DNA from: Octopus vulgaris
Taxonomy: Eukaryota
NCBI GenBank assembly: GCA_951406725.2
Contig: OX597817.1
Coordinates: forward strand, 142,662,001 to 142,726,000
Direction: 5' to 3'
Length of the DNA stretch: 64,000 nt
Shown here: positions 43,770 through 55,370 of the stretch, in pieces
Position numbering within the stretch: the first letter of the stretch is position 1
Layout: each line of letters opens with the position of its first letter
Translations under genes and position numbers: made by a program
The notes under the pieces: generated by a model
Told to the model about the DNA's origin: nothing
The model's database searches: none
The model's input: only the letters and a program-made list of their open reading frames with translations

Positions 43770-44354
43770 GACTTCGTCATCATTATCGTCGACGTCATCG
43801 TCATCATTATCTACATAATCATCATCACCATCATCATCATCAACATCATTATGATTATTATTGTCCTGCTCATTTAATGCCCCTCTGGCAACTATAAGAA
43901 ATCATCATCATCATCATCATCATCATTATTTTCATCATCATCATAATCGCCAAAGTCATCGTCATCGTCATCATCATAATCATTATCATCATTATGATTT
44001 TCGTTATTATTATCATTATTAATATTATTATTATTATTGTCATCATGTTATTATCATCACTATTACTATTATTATTATTATTAATTATTATCATTAACAT
44101 TTTTATTATTATTAACGTAATAACCACCACCATCATCATCATTCTCATCATTATCACCAACATTATCATCATCATCATCACCGACGTCATGAACATCATC
44201 ATCATCGTTATCCTCATCATCATCATCATTCTCGTCATCATCATCATCACCATCATTCTCATTTTCATCATCATCATCATCCTTATCATCATTTTCGTCA
44301 TCATCATCATCATCATCATTCTCGTCATCATCATCATCACCATCATTCTCATTG

Positions 44355-44385
<31 letters not shown>

Positions 44386-44390
44386 TCTCG

Positions 44391-44430
<40 letters not shown>

Positions 44431-44480
44431 TCTCGTCATCATCCTCATCATCGTTCTCATCGTCATCGCCATCTCATCTT
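43770..44480. repeat. About 700-bp degenerate (CAT)/(ATT) trinucleotide expansion
   Basis: CAT repeats with recurring ATTCTCGTC interruptions. Confidence 0.95.
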
Positions 44481-44850
44481 AATCGTCGTCATCGGCATTA
44501 CTATGTCAGTGATTCAAGCTCAATCAATTTTTAAAAAAAGCTGGGTTCTTTGATTAGTGATATCTGCAGTTCCATGCCTCGCCCTTAACTCTTGATATCT
44601 CTTCGACCTGGATAATTTCCAATCGTTATTGTAAAATGGCTACCCATGTGATATATCTTCGACTGAATCGAAACAATATTCAGAGCTCTAACGTTGGTTT
44701 TTTTTTTCCTAAAGAAATAATTACAATCATTCTTGAAGACTTCTGACTGTGTTAAGAATTCATTATTATTATCCTTTTTATCATTTTGATTATTGTTATT
44801 ATTATTATTATTATTATTACGATAACTGATTGCCTCTTTCATTATTATAA

Positions 44851-45999
44851 TGCGGTGTTTTGACAGAATCGTTAAACCATCGGAGATAAAAAGTACCTTG
44901 TGGTATTTGTTCCAGCTTCTTACGTCCTGTGCTCAGATTCTGCCGCGGTCGACTTCACCTTCTTTGCTTTTGAGGTCGACAAAATAAGCACCTGTATAGC
45001 ATTGGGTCTCATTGTAATCGACTTGGCCTTTCCCCACCAAATTTCAGGCCTTGTGCCCATATCAGATGTGATTATTATTATTATTATTATTATCATCATT
45101 ATCATTATTGTTATCATTATTATTGTTATCATTATTATTACATATCATAGTATATTTTATTTTCATTATTTTCATGTGAAAGATAGATAAGGATTGATAA
45201 AAGCGTTAGAATGTTTGGAAAATACCTTCTTTCAGGCCCTTTACGTTAATTTCATATCCCGCCCGAGTAATCTTTGCTCTTCGTTCATCCTAAATCTATA
45301 AAATAAAATACCAGTCAGAAACTGGTGTCTGTAGTATCAACTAGTCGTCCCGTTCAAAAGTTATTGGCCTCCAGCCTACATTAGAAGCAATTATTTTCAT
45401 CATAATTATTTTTAACACAAAGTTTTATTATTTTAAAGCGGTGAGGTGGCAGAATCATTTGCACGCCGGACTAAATACTTAGCGGCATTTCGTCCGTCTT
45501 TAATTTCTGAGTTCAAATTCCGCCGAGGTCGACTTTGCCTTTCATCTTTTCGGGGTTGACAAAATAAGTACCAGTCGAGCACTGGAGTCGATGTAATCGA
45601 CTTAATCCCTCCCCAAAATTATAGGCCTAGTGCCAGAATTTGAAAACAATTATAATTTTATCATTATATTTCTTATTTATTTTATTATTGTTGATGTTAT
45701 TATTATTATTATCACCATTCTTTGTTTTTGTTGTTATTATTATTATTTTCATTATTAATATTACCAAGGCGGCGAGCTGGCAGAATCGTAAGCGCACCGG
45801 ACGAAATGCTTAGCAGCATTTTACCCGTCGCTACGGTCTGAGTTCAAATTCCGCCGAGGTCGACTTTGCCCTTTCATCCTTTGGAGGGTCAATAAAATAG
45901 GGATCAATTGAACACTGAGGGGTCGATGTAATCGACTCATCCCTTCTCCTAAAATGGCTGCCCTTGTGGAAAAATTTGAAACCATTATCCTCAGTATTA

Positions 46000-46076
<77 letters not shown>

Positions 46077-46355
46077 TATTATTATTATTATTATTACGAC
46101 TATGTATCATAACTGTATTTTTATCATTATAATATGGAATGTAGTAGTGAATTGGCAGAATTATTACAACGTTTAACTAAATCCCACGACGCAATTTATC
46201 CTGTGTTTTTATGTTTTGAGTTCAATCTCTGCCGATGTCAACTTTGCCTTTCATTTTTTTCAGGTCGATAAATAAAGTACCAGTCAAACACTGGGGTCGA
46301 TATAATCGACTGAACCCCTCCCTCCAAATTCCTGTCCTTGTGCTTATATCATATA
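44851..46355 (+). mobile_element. Cluster of five same-strand SINE family A copies separated by (ATT)n
   Basis: Copies at about 44851-45070, 45190-45390, 45436-45650, 45766-45985 and 46137-46355; the second is heavily decayed. Confidence 0.85.
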
Positions 46356-47361
46356 TAAATCTTATAATGTGAATGGTGGTGGAATCGGCAGAAGCTCAAA
46401 GGGGACCTTTTGGTATATGTTCTATATTTCCGTTCCCAAATCAAATTATGCCAAGGTCAACTTGGTCTTTCTGGGCAAACTTAAAACAAGAGCCAATAGA
46501 ATTTTTTTGAAATTGCTTCAATCGCCCATATCTTCTCTTCTGCGAAAATTTTGCCTTCTTCGTGTACAACAAATTATTCCAGTACAAAAACAATTTTTCC
46601 TTCTTTCATGTCATAAACCATTATTCTTTCTAAGCAGCCACTCGCCAAAAAGAAAAAAAAATGTTTCTAGTAATATGTTGCTGTTCAATATTATTAAATT
46701 TTCATTTTGTTAAACATTTTTTGCTTTGTTGCTTCAGCTGTGTTTTTTTCCCTTCCAATAAATGTTACACACCATCCGCCATTCATCATCGTTTAAGACT
46801 ATCTACAACTTATATATATATATACATACATGTGTATATATTTGGGGTAGCTACTGATCTCGCATTTGAAATGGAAGCCGTGTGAGCTCGAGTTTATAAA
46901 CCACACAGCCTATACATTTCTCTGTCTACAATGAAATAACAGTGTCTGGAACTGTTACCAATTTATAAACAGTCTTTGGCTAGCTTATAGTTGGGAAGAT
47001 ATATTAATAAAATTGGCAAGCATTTTAAAGATTGACGTTTTCTTGTTTTCTTTCCTATTCTATCGTTGCTGTTGCTTTTTGTTGTTCGTAATCTTGTTAT
47101 ATTAACATTACATTGCATTCTTTTTATGTCTCACACCATTAATGAGCAGTCTCATCATCTATCTCTCGCTCACTCTCTCATTCTCTCTCTCTACATATTA
47201 TTATTATTATTATTAATATTATTATCATTATTATTATTATTGTTGTTGTTGTTGTTGTTATTATTATTATTATTATTATTATTAATTACAATATTTACTT
47301 CTAATATAAAGATAAAATTTTTCAGGGTGAAAATCATAAACAGTTAAATAAGGGCCCTTAC

Positions 47362-47419
<58 letters not shown>

Positions 47420-47479
47420 TAATATTTAAAACAGTTTTATTTGAATTCTTGCGATTTAAATTTTCTCAGGCTTCTTACA

Positions 47480-47753
47480 GAAATTCCGATCATTCAGAAA
47501 CTGTTTACCGAATGAATAGACACAAGGTGGCTGCTGGAATCTTGGCCGTTGTTGGTCACGGTGGATCAAATGTTGTTGCTAAAAAGAAAGGAGAGCCCAG
47601 GTTTGAAATTTCCCCAAGATACCTGAGGAAGGCTGGAGGGTATATCAGCCGAAATGTTGTGTTAACAACAAACAAGATTAGGACAAATATCCGTCAAATG
47701 TAAATACTGTAAATAACGTACATAATTCCTAATCTCTTAAATATAGAACTGTA
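47480..47753 (+). mobile_element. PLE-like terminal fragment with hammerhead
   Basis: Contains the motif at 47618-47663 and an A-rich tail; element boundaries uncertain. Confidence 0.45.
47618..47663 (+). ncRNA. Minimal type I hammerhead motif
   Basis: GATAC-CTGAGGA-A-GGCTG(GAGGGTATAT)CAGCC-GAAA-TGT-T-GTGTT: intact core, perfect 5-bp stem II, stem I with two G-U pairs. Confidence 0.75.
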
Positions 47754-47874
47754 TAAATCAACCCAATTTTCAAACATGGTATTTTTTTAATCTGTCATTT
47801 CGCCAGAACGCATGCATAAAGGGCCTAAACGCAATTGTCAATTGGTTGTAGAGTACGAACAGAAGCATAAAGAC

Positions 47875-47974
<100 letters not shown>

Positions 47975-48100
47975 TGACGGGTCTCTTTCAGTTCCTGACA
48001 AACAAATCCACTCACTAGGCTTTGATTGGCTCGAAACTATAGTAGAAGACACTTGCCCAAGTTGTCACGCAGTGGGACTGAACCGGCAACCAAGGTTCTT

Positions 48101-48591
48101 TATTTCATTACATTTGCCATAAAGACAGTACATAGAGTAAAGTAGCTTTGCGGGCTGGACGAGGACATTAATGAAATGAATGATAATGAAAGAAAGATGA
48201 TAAGGATGAGAGAAGACAAAAAGCGCCACCGACTTCTGCTTCTCTAAAACATTGTTCTTTAAAACCAAACACAAAACGAGGTATTAAACCTCTTACAACT
48301 TTTACAACTTTTCAATTTTTGGACTTAACAGTCGATTACAAACTACAACATAGTTCAATAATTACATATAATATATATAAATACAATACACAAAGCCCCT
48401 CCTCCCAAACCTGGCTTACATTTCCCTTAGGCAATGCGCCAGCTCTAGGTCGGGGCCCCTCAAGGCGTATCTAAACATGTCCTTTGAGAGGGTGTTCATT
48501 TCTCTGACCGTAGCGACATCCAATATGATCTTCGTAGTCACCTGCGAAGGCCACTCTTCGTCCCCTGTCCAGGGCATGGGCCCCTCCCTAC
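48101..48591 (-). mobile_element. 5'-truncated retro-like insert 1 (ORF C-terminus plus 3' UTR ending in AATAAA)
   Basis: Open frame 48589-48416 (REGPMPWTGDEEWPSQVTTKIILDVATV..HCLREM*), T-rich UTR, GAAATAAA abutting the SINE target remnant. Confidence 0.6.
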
Positions 48592-48607
48592 GGGAAGCAA
48601 GCTTCTT

Positions 48608-49512
48608 TATTTTATCAAATTAGCGATAGAGACCTTACACTTACATAAAATCAACATGTCAACCAAACATAAAAAATACATTATCACTTTTCCCTTCCTC
48701 CTCTTTCCCGACCCCCAGTTAAATATCTAGCCGCCTGCAGAGCAGACCACGTTGACAGCCGGGAGTTCAGATAGAAAGCGAAGTGCCTATTATCAAATGT
48801 TTGTGTCACACAGTGTCACAATTTATAACTCACCCTCAACAACACTGTCCTATCTTCACGGTCTTTTAACCACTTTTTGGGCGGTATAATCTCCCACTCC
48901 AAAACTTTTTTTTAAATATATTCAAAATAAAACTTAAAAAGCAAGAAGAAAAAATATAGACACAATAAACAAAAAGGAGAAAGTCAAATAAAGTTTAGAA
49001 GAAAGTCAATAGTTCAGGAACACAGCAAAAAAATCTTCCGGTCATTCGGTACTCCCGGCCTAGGTTGAACCCGGAACGCCACAACTGGAACACAACTTCC
49101 ACAAAAATTGATATACAAATTGTTCAATCTTCGGAGGCGAAAACACTCCCCCAAACAGCAGTTCTCACAATTCTTAAAGTTCTTCAAAAGGCACAATACA
49201 AGCAATAATTCTCATAATTAAGTGAGAAAAATATTCACTCAACATAAACCGGAGACGAATACGTCCCCAAACAAAAATTCTCACAATTCAGCGACAAAAA
49301 TTATTTGCCCCATGTAGGCAGAACCAGAATTCTGAATCCAGTAGGACTTCCTGCCTGTACAAAAACAATTCTCAACAAAAATTCCCACTGGACCCAAAAA
49401 AACAGAATCTTACCTTACGATGGAGCTTCAAAATTTTTCAATTCGAGACGGCTTCAAAAGCATATCTCACCTCTTTGGTGCCAAACACCATAATTATTCG
49501 CACATGCGCAGT
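48608..49512 (-). mobile_element. About 900-bp non-coding retro-like insert 2 with target-site duplication
   Basis: Flanked by GGAAGCAAGCTT(C/G)TT at 48593-48607 and 49513-49527; minus 5' end ACTGCGCATGTGCG, 3' end AAAATAAA. Confidence 0.7.
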
Positions 49513-49643
49513 GGAAGCAAGCTTGTTTCCACACAACCACGTATAGTTCACAATAATTCAACAGGTTGTGGTTATATTTCTGTAAATAAAATAAAACTGA
49601 AGAAGTAACAGTTGTTTATTCTCTAACAATAAATGAAGAATGA

Positions 49644-49751
49644 AAAGCGGCGAGATGACTCAAGGCGACGAGCTGGCTCAAGGCGGCGACCTGGATCAAG
49701 GCGACGAGCTGGCTCAAGGCGACGAGCTGGCTCAAGGCGGCGAGGTGGATC
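49644..49751 (+). repeat. Six 18-bp tandem copies of the SINE A 5' end
   Basis: AAGGCG(A/G)CGAGCTGGCTC-type units x6, directly followed by the true SINE head at 49752. Confidence 0.95.
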
Positions 49752-49964
49752 AAGGCGGCGAGCTGGCAGAAACGTTAGCACACCGGGCGAAATTCTTAAC
49801 GATATTTCGTCTGTCTTTACATTCTGAGTTCAAATTCCTCCGATGTCGATTTTGTCTTTCATCCTTTCGTGGTCGATAAATTAAGTACCAGTTGCATACT
49901 GGAGTCGATCTAATCGACTGCCCCCTCCCCAAAAATTTCGGGCCTTGTGCCTAGAGTGAAAAAG
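49644..49964 (+). mobile_element. SINE family A with amplified head and 16-bp TSD
   Basis: AATAAATG(A/T)AGAATGA at 49628-49643 and 49965-49980. Confidence 0.92.
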
Positions 49965-51694
49965 AATAAATGTAGAATGAGGCTGAAACTGTTATGAAAC
50001 TCACCCGATACTTTACACTGGTGTTCTTATATCACACCATAGAATTAATTTCTTTATAGTTTACTCTGAAAAGTTTGTAATACGGTTTCTGTAAAATGTT
50101 TAATATTTTTTTTTACATGGAAGAGCTTATCTTATCATGTTTGTAAAGTCAACATCCTCGGTAGCTTTCTTTTCCTTTCATCTCTCAGCTGTCATTAAAA
50201 TAAATGGCAATGCCACAATTAATTCGATTCCATCAATTATAATTTCACTTGAAAAAACCTTAACTAATTCAAGATTCGTTTGAAACTTCGAAGACTGTAT
50301 AAGCACTCTTTGTCAACAAATTAGTAACGTAAAAACATCCACTTGGGTAATCATTCTACACGCACGTCTTTTCTGTGTAGCTTCTTATCGCCTGTGTTAT
50401 CATTTCAAATGGGAGGAAAAAGTTCAGGGCGTTGACCTTGCCACGTTGAAATAATTATTGATTGCATGCTGAAACCCGATTTCTTCGTCTACAGACCAAT
50501 GCTTTATCTATTAAGCAATATTAATGGCGTCTTGTTAAACTTAGAATTAATGAAGGATTTTTTTTATTTGTAAACGATAAAAACTTGTCGAGAAGTTGAT
50601 GATAGACAACAAAGTAAATATTCAATCAACGAGTGTCTTACGTCGAGAGTCTAAATAAATAATGGATACACGTATTGATTTCCTATTTTGGCACAATGTT
50701 ATTAGAGTTTTCGGAGAAGTAGAATTAATGAGCGATACCGTATTCCTTGTATTCTTAATAAGTTCTGTTATGTTCGAACGAGGCTGTCAGATGGCCTGCG
50801 TTTTCCGAAATCGGAAAACCTTTTCTTTTACGCGACGAATGTTCATGTTGCGCACGGTTTATCAGTATAAAAGGACTTTTATTTGAGAAAATGTGGGTTT
50901 CGACCTGCTGGGGAGATAAATATCACAAAAACAGAGAGCGCTTATCTGTAGAAATCAACGAACAAATTATTTGCTTTTGCATACTGATGTCTATCAAACA
51001 GAAAACGGGGTCACACAGTATAACGAGAATCCAAACAATGACATAACAATTCAAAAGTTTATATTTGATTGCTGTTCTTTTTCGTTATCGAAGGACATCT
51101 CCCCCGTTTAGACGATGTGTTTTCATTATACCTGCGATTCAACGCTTTAAGGAAACTTTGAGACACCTCAGTGTTTCAATATTGTTATGCGTCTTCTTAG
51201 CAAAAACTACTCCAATGGACCGACGAAAGTCACAATAGCATGAGCTCTTGTTTAAAAATATCAGCAAGAAAAACTATTTCTACAAAGCAGATAATTCACA
51301 TGATGTCCGCGCATTTCGTGAATTAATAGTAATCAAGTCTGTTTCTTTATTAATGCAAAAATACCAAAATAGAACCACGACAGACTCTAATCTCAGAATA
51401 GAAATTTCTACGATTGTGCGGACTGCCGCCGTGAATATTCAGATTGATTCTGTACTGAAACTGATTGGTAGAGAAATAAAATTAAGAATTCTGTGCATAT
51501 TGGTGATGTTCGAAAGTAACATGGTTAATTTTAGAGTGTTTTCAGTTACATCTTTAACTAAAGGACTCACTTGAATTAAGAGATAAAAATTTCAATTTCT
51601 TTTCACGAACACCTTCTTATTAATAGTATTAATAGTATTGTGCTTAACAATCATTAACATTTAAAATTGAAATAGAATTTTGAATTTTTTTATT

Positions 51695-51900
51695 TCTCAC
51701 TTGTTTTAGTCATTGAACTGCAGCCATGCAGGAGCACCACCTTGAAGGATTTTAGTCCAGCAGAAATAAACTCCAGAACTCTTTCTCTAAGTCTGTAACT
51801 TATTCTCTCGGATTATTTTACCGAACCAGTAATTACAGAGGCATAAAACAAACTATCACCGGTTGTCCCACGGTGCAGGGAACTTATAGAGGGACACACA
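51695..51900 (-). mobile_element. Degenerate SINE family B 3' half
   Basis: CTGCAGCCATGCAGGAGCACCACCTT..ACTTATTCT..CCGGTTGTC aligns to 19730-19920. Confidence 0.7.
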
Positions 51901-51946
51901 CACATACATGTATACATGTATTTACATACAAGCACACACATATGTG

Positions 51947-52027
<81 letters not shown>

Positions 52028-52081
52028 AAAATAAGACAAGGTAGAAAATGCTAAAATAATTTTATCATGAAATACATTCTG

Positions 52082-52119
52082 TTAGCACCGGTTTCTACCT
52101 TTTCGACTTTTTCAACTAA
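52082..52119 (-). ncRNA. Degenerate hammerhead motif (U3-A8 core variant)
   Basis: Minus: TTAG-TTGAAAA-AGTCGAAAAGGTA-GAAAC-CG-GT-G-CTAA; G at the cleavage position, so probably inactive. Confidence 0.45.
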
Positions 52120-52124
52120 GACTA

Positions 52125-53118
52125 AAACAAAAGTGGATGTCAATTAAGAAGAAAAGCATGGAAAACTCACCACCTCAGCAACTTTTTTAGATACCCTTTC
52201 AAAACCATTCCTCAAGCATATCAAAAGCTACATAAGGGACGGCCTAGATATACTCAACCACCTCCCTGAACCAATTAATAAAAAAACTCTACTGGTAATC
52301 CTTCGATGTAGTCAACGTTTACTCTAATATCTCCCATAATCTAGGAATAGAGGCAATCCAGTTCTGGCTAGAGAATTACTCCAATGAACTTCCGCACCGC
52401 ATTAAAAAAATTCGTAATAGAAGGGCTAAAATGCATCTTGAAGAATAACTTATTCGTATTCAATGACAACTCCAATCGACAGAAATTGGTGGTTGTGATG
52501 GGCACGAGAATGGCCCCTTAACATAACCATGGGATTCCTAGAAATCATGCGTTACCGTAAGGTACTAGAAAATGCGGAAACCCATTCTCCCTTTACAGAA
52601 AATAACTGGAATGGATATCTAGATGAATGCTTCATTCTTTGGTATGAAAGTATAGAGAGACTTAAAGAATTTCAAGTATTTCTAAATGGACTTGACATAA
52701 ACATTCAATTTACGATGGAATATAGCCATTAATAACTTCCTTTCTTCGACATCCGCATTACGAAATCCAACAGCAAATTAGAAACAATCATATACTATAA
52801 GCCCACGAATTTCAAGTAATATCTACCGTTCAACTCATGACACTGCAGACACCCTGAATGAATAACTGTTTCAACCTGACTAAAAGGATTTGCACTATAG
52901 TACCTGATACAATCACCAATAACATACGACTACATGAGCTAAAGGATACTGTCATTAGCAGGAATTACCCCATCACTAATAGATATAGGTTCCCAACGTG
53001 CCCTACAACTCAACGTCCACGAACTCAGACATGCCAAACCAAAGAATGGTTTACAACAAAAGCCCTACCATATACATCCACACGCAACCCCCTACACAAT
53101 GAGGCCTTCGACACCGTG
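52125..53118 (+). mobile_element. Decayed Penelope-like reverse transcriptase fragment
   Basis: KPFLKHIKSYIRD, FDVVNVYSNI, VMGTRMA, WNGYLDECFILW, IQFTMEY, LPFFDI, YKPT, KRICTIV; many stops and frameshifts; homologous to 58600-59417. Confidence 0.9.
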
Positions 53119-53119
53119 G

Positions 53120-53479
53120 TATTTATTTTTACCTTCTTCAAATTTTCTTCCGTTACTCGCCGAGTTTTTTCCGTACATCTAGGGCAGAGAAGCTCATCGA
53201 ATGTATTCCCAGATTACACACGCAAATTCACAGGTACAATATGTATTTAAAAAATAAATAAATAAATAAGTAAATAAATTCATGAATGGATGTTGTTTTC
53301 ACAGCGATAATGTTTTTCTCAGTACATGAGCCGCTCCAGTTAATACGATTTTTTTGCACTTCCTGGAGGGATGGTAAGCCTGGTATCATTTTCAAATAGG
53401 TTTCAGTACCTTTTTTATCATTCCTAGAGCTCCTACAATCACTGGTACTATAGTCGCCTTGAGATGTCACATTTTTTCG

Positions 53480-53481
<2 letters not shown>
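53120..53481 (-). mobile_element. 3' fragment of RLE-type LINE (family 4) next to (ATT)n
   Basis: Minus: TIVPVIVGALGMIKK, LKMIPGLPSLQEVQK, GAAHVLRKTLSL* plus 3' UTR; ATT array at 53482-53562. Confidence 0.85.
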
Positions 53482-53563
<82 letters not shown>

Positions 53564-55127
53564 CGTTGGGCTTTTGCTTTGTGTTTGTACAAGATGATTC
53601 CAATTTTCACCCAGAGACCTCAAGAGACAACAAGCTAGAGGTTCAAGTTGCTATTATCACTAGGGGTATCATAGTTTTGGTTTTGCAGAAATTATTGTTC
53701 TAGAGAATGTCTGTGAAAACATATGAAAATTAGAAGTTTGTTCCAAAAGTAATTTTATTACAAGATGACAGTGTGAGTTCGTTTTAAAAGTAATTTGATT
53801 TGCTGTTTCGTTACTAATGACAGAATCAGTATTCGGTCATAATATCAATCTTTGTTACATACGTAAAGCAGATATATCGTAGAAAGCCGGTTAAACTGCG
53901 GTATTCATCTCGAGAAAGAATCACTAATAGGCCCAAAGTATTAAAAACACAAGACATTCAGCAGCCAATATATCGGTAGTGGCCTGTTTTCTCTTAGCAT
54001 GTGTTCCCAGAAGACACATGCTACTGAAGAAACGCAAAGAAGCTGAAATAGGTATTTAACATTGCCGCCGCAACTGGAAGACCATTTTCGTCTGCTAATG
54101 ATGTATTTCTGTGCTTTTTAACACTATATACGTCTATAAGAGATGTTAGCAAATACTTAAGGAACGATGGATATCAGAAACGAAAACAGGCCTGCTCTAT
54201 TCACTTACGTCTCCTGACATCTCCAGTTCAAGTTCCATTTTTCTTTAAAGTTATTTTCTTTTATTCTTACGTCGATGACAATATATATGTAGCTTAAATG
54301 ACTCGAGTTTGTATGATTGTCTCTTTTCTTCACAAAAAATCCGTGCCCTTGTAACTATATTAAAAATTATCATAGGATGCATTTACAAATTATATATGCA
54401 AGATATGAGAAATTATACAGAAGAATACAAAACATAATACTAAGAATGTATATTGTTACATGATCTTTTTATTTGGATGATGAATCACATAAGTTTGAAC
54501 ATTATCATTTCCTTTGTGTTTGAAGCGTAATATTGCCGGAATAATAATTTCCTAAAAGAATAAAAAAAACTACATGAATAAATATAAATAAAAAAAATAG
54601 TTGTGTGTGTACTATCGTCTAGTTAATATATGACATCAATAAAATAATTCGTTTTTATCTTTAATTTGATACTGCAAATCAGAAACAGTAATATTTCTGA
54701 CTTTGAATCGGATGAATATTGGAATTCAGCTGGAGAAGTGTCATTTTCCTGTTGACTACTTGACGTGAAAATATTTTAATATCTACAATATACACCATAT
54801 CGAATTTATGGGCGTTTTGTGTATTGTCAAGGAGTGGGGTTTATAGTATCATACGTGTCTTTTATACAGGGATTAGTATCAAAACGGAAGAGAAATGACT
54901 CCTAAAATTTGAAAGAACTGCATAAAACTCATTACTTCAAACGTAAACTCCAAGGTCTGGAACTGAGTACAATATGTTTTTGTAAGATTGGGTCCTAGTA
55001 TTGCTTATCAAGGCTGAAGCTGGAAGTGCGCTTATAAACAGCGTACTGATGTGCGTGTACTTTGCTATATGTATTAAGAAGACATTTGTGAGTTGAATGT
55101 TAATTCATAGGAAGAGGTTTATAGGTC

Positions 55128-55370
55128 GAGAAAGCCTAGTGGTTAGGGGTGTTGCCCTCATGATCGCAAGATCGAGGTTTCGATTCCCAGATCAGGTTGT
55201 GTGTTTTGCTCAGGCGCAAAACAATTCATTTCACATTACATCAGTGTAGTCAGCAATAAAAGAGTCTCTCAGCGACGGACTGGCCTTCCGTTCAGGGGAA
55301 TGTTGTGATCTCGGTCACTTGTACAGCGACACAGGTAATCAGCCCTATAATTCCTGGGACTCGAGACAGC
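55128..55370 (+). mobile_element. Degenerate tRNA-derived SINE (C/V-like)
   Basis: GCCTAGTGGTTAGGG A box, GGTTTCGATTCCC B box, GCGACGGACTGGCCTTCCGTTCAGGG. Confidence 0.7.

Noticed and set aside
43870-44482. Met-rich 200-aa and Ile-rich 162-aa ORFs (Met-rich cephalopod proteins such as reflectin considered)
   Set aside because: Pure (CAT)n translation without reflectin motifs or Tyr/Arg/Pro content.
49644-49751. CRISPR-like array or RS-rich protein
   Set aside because: The units are contiguous with no spacers and are copies of the SINE head; eukaryotic context with no cas genes.
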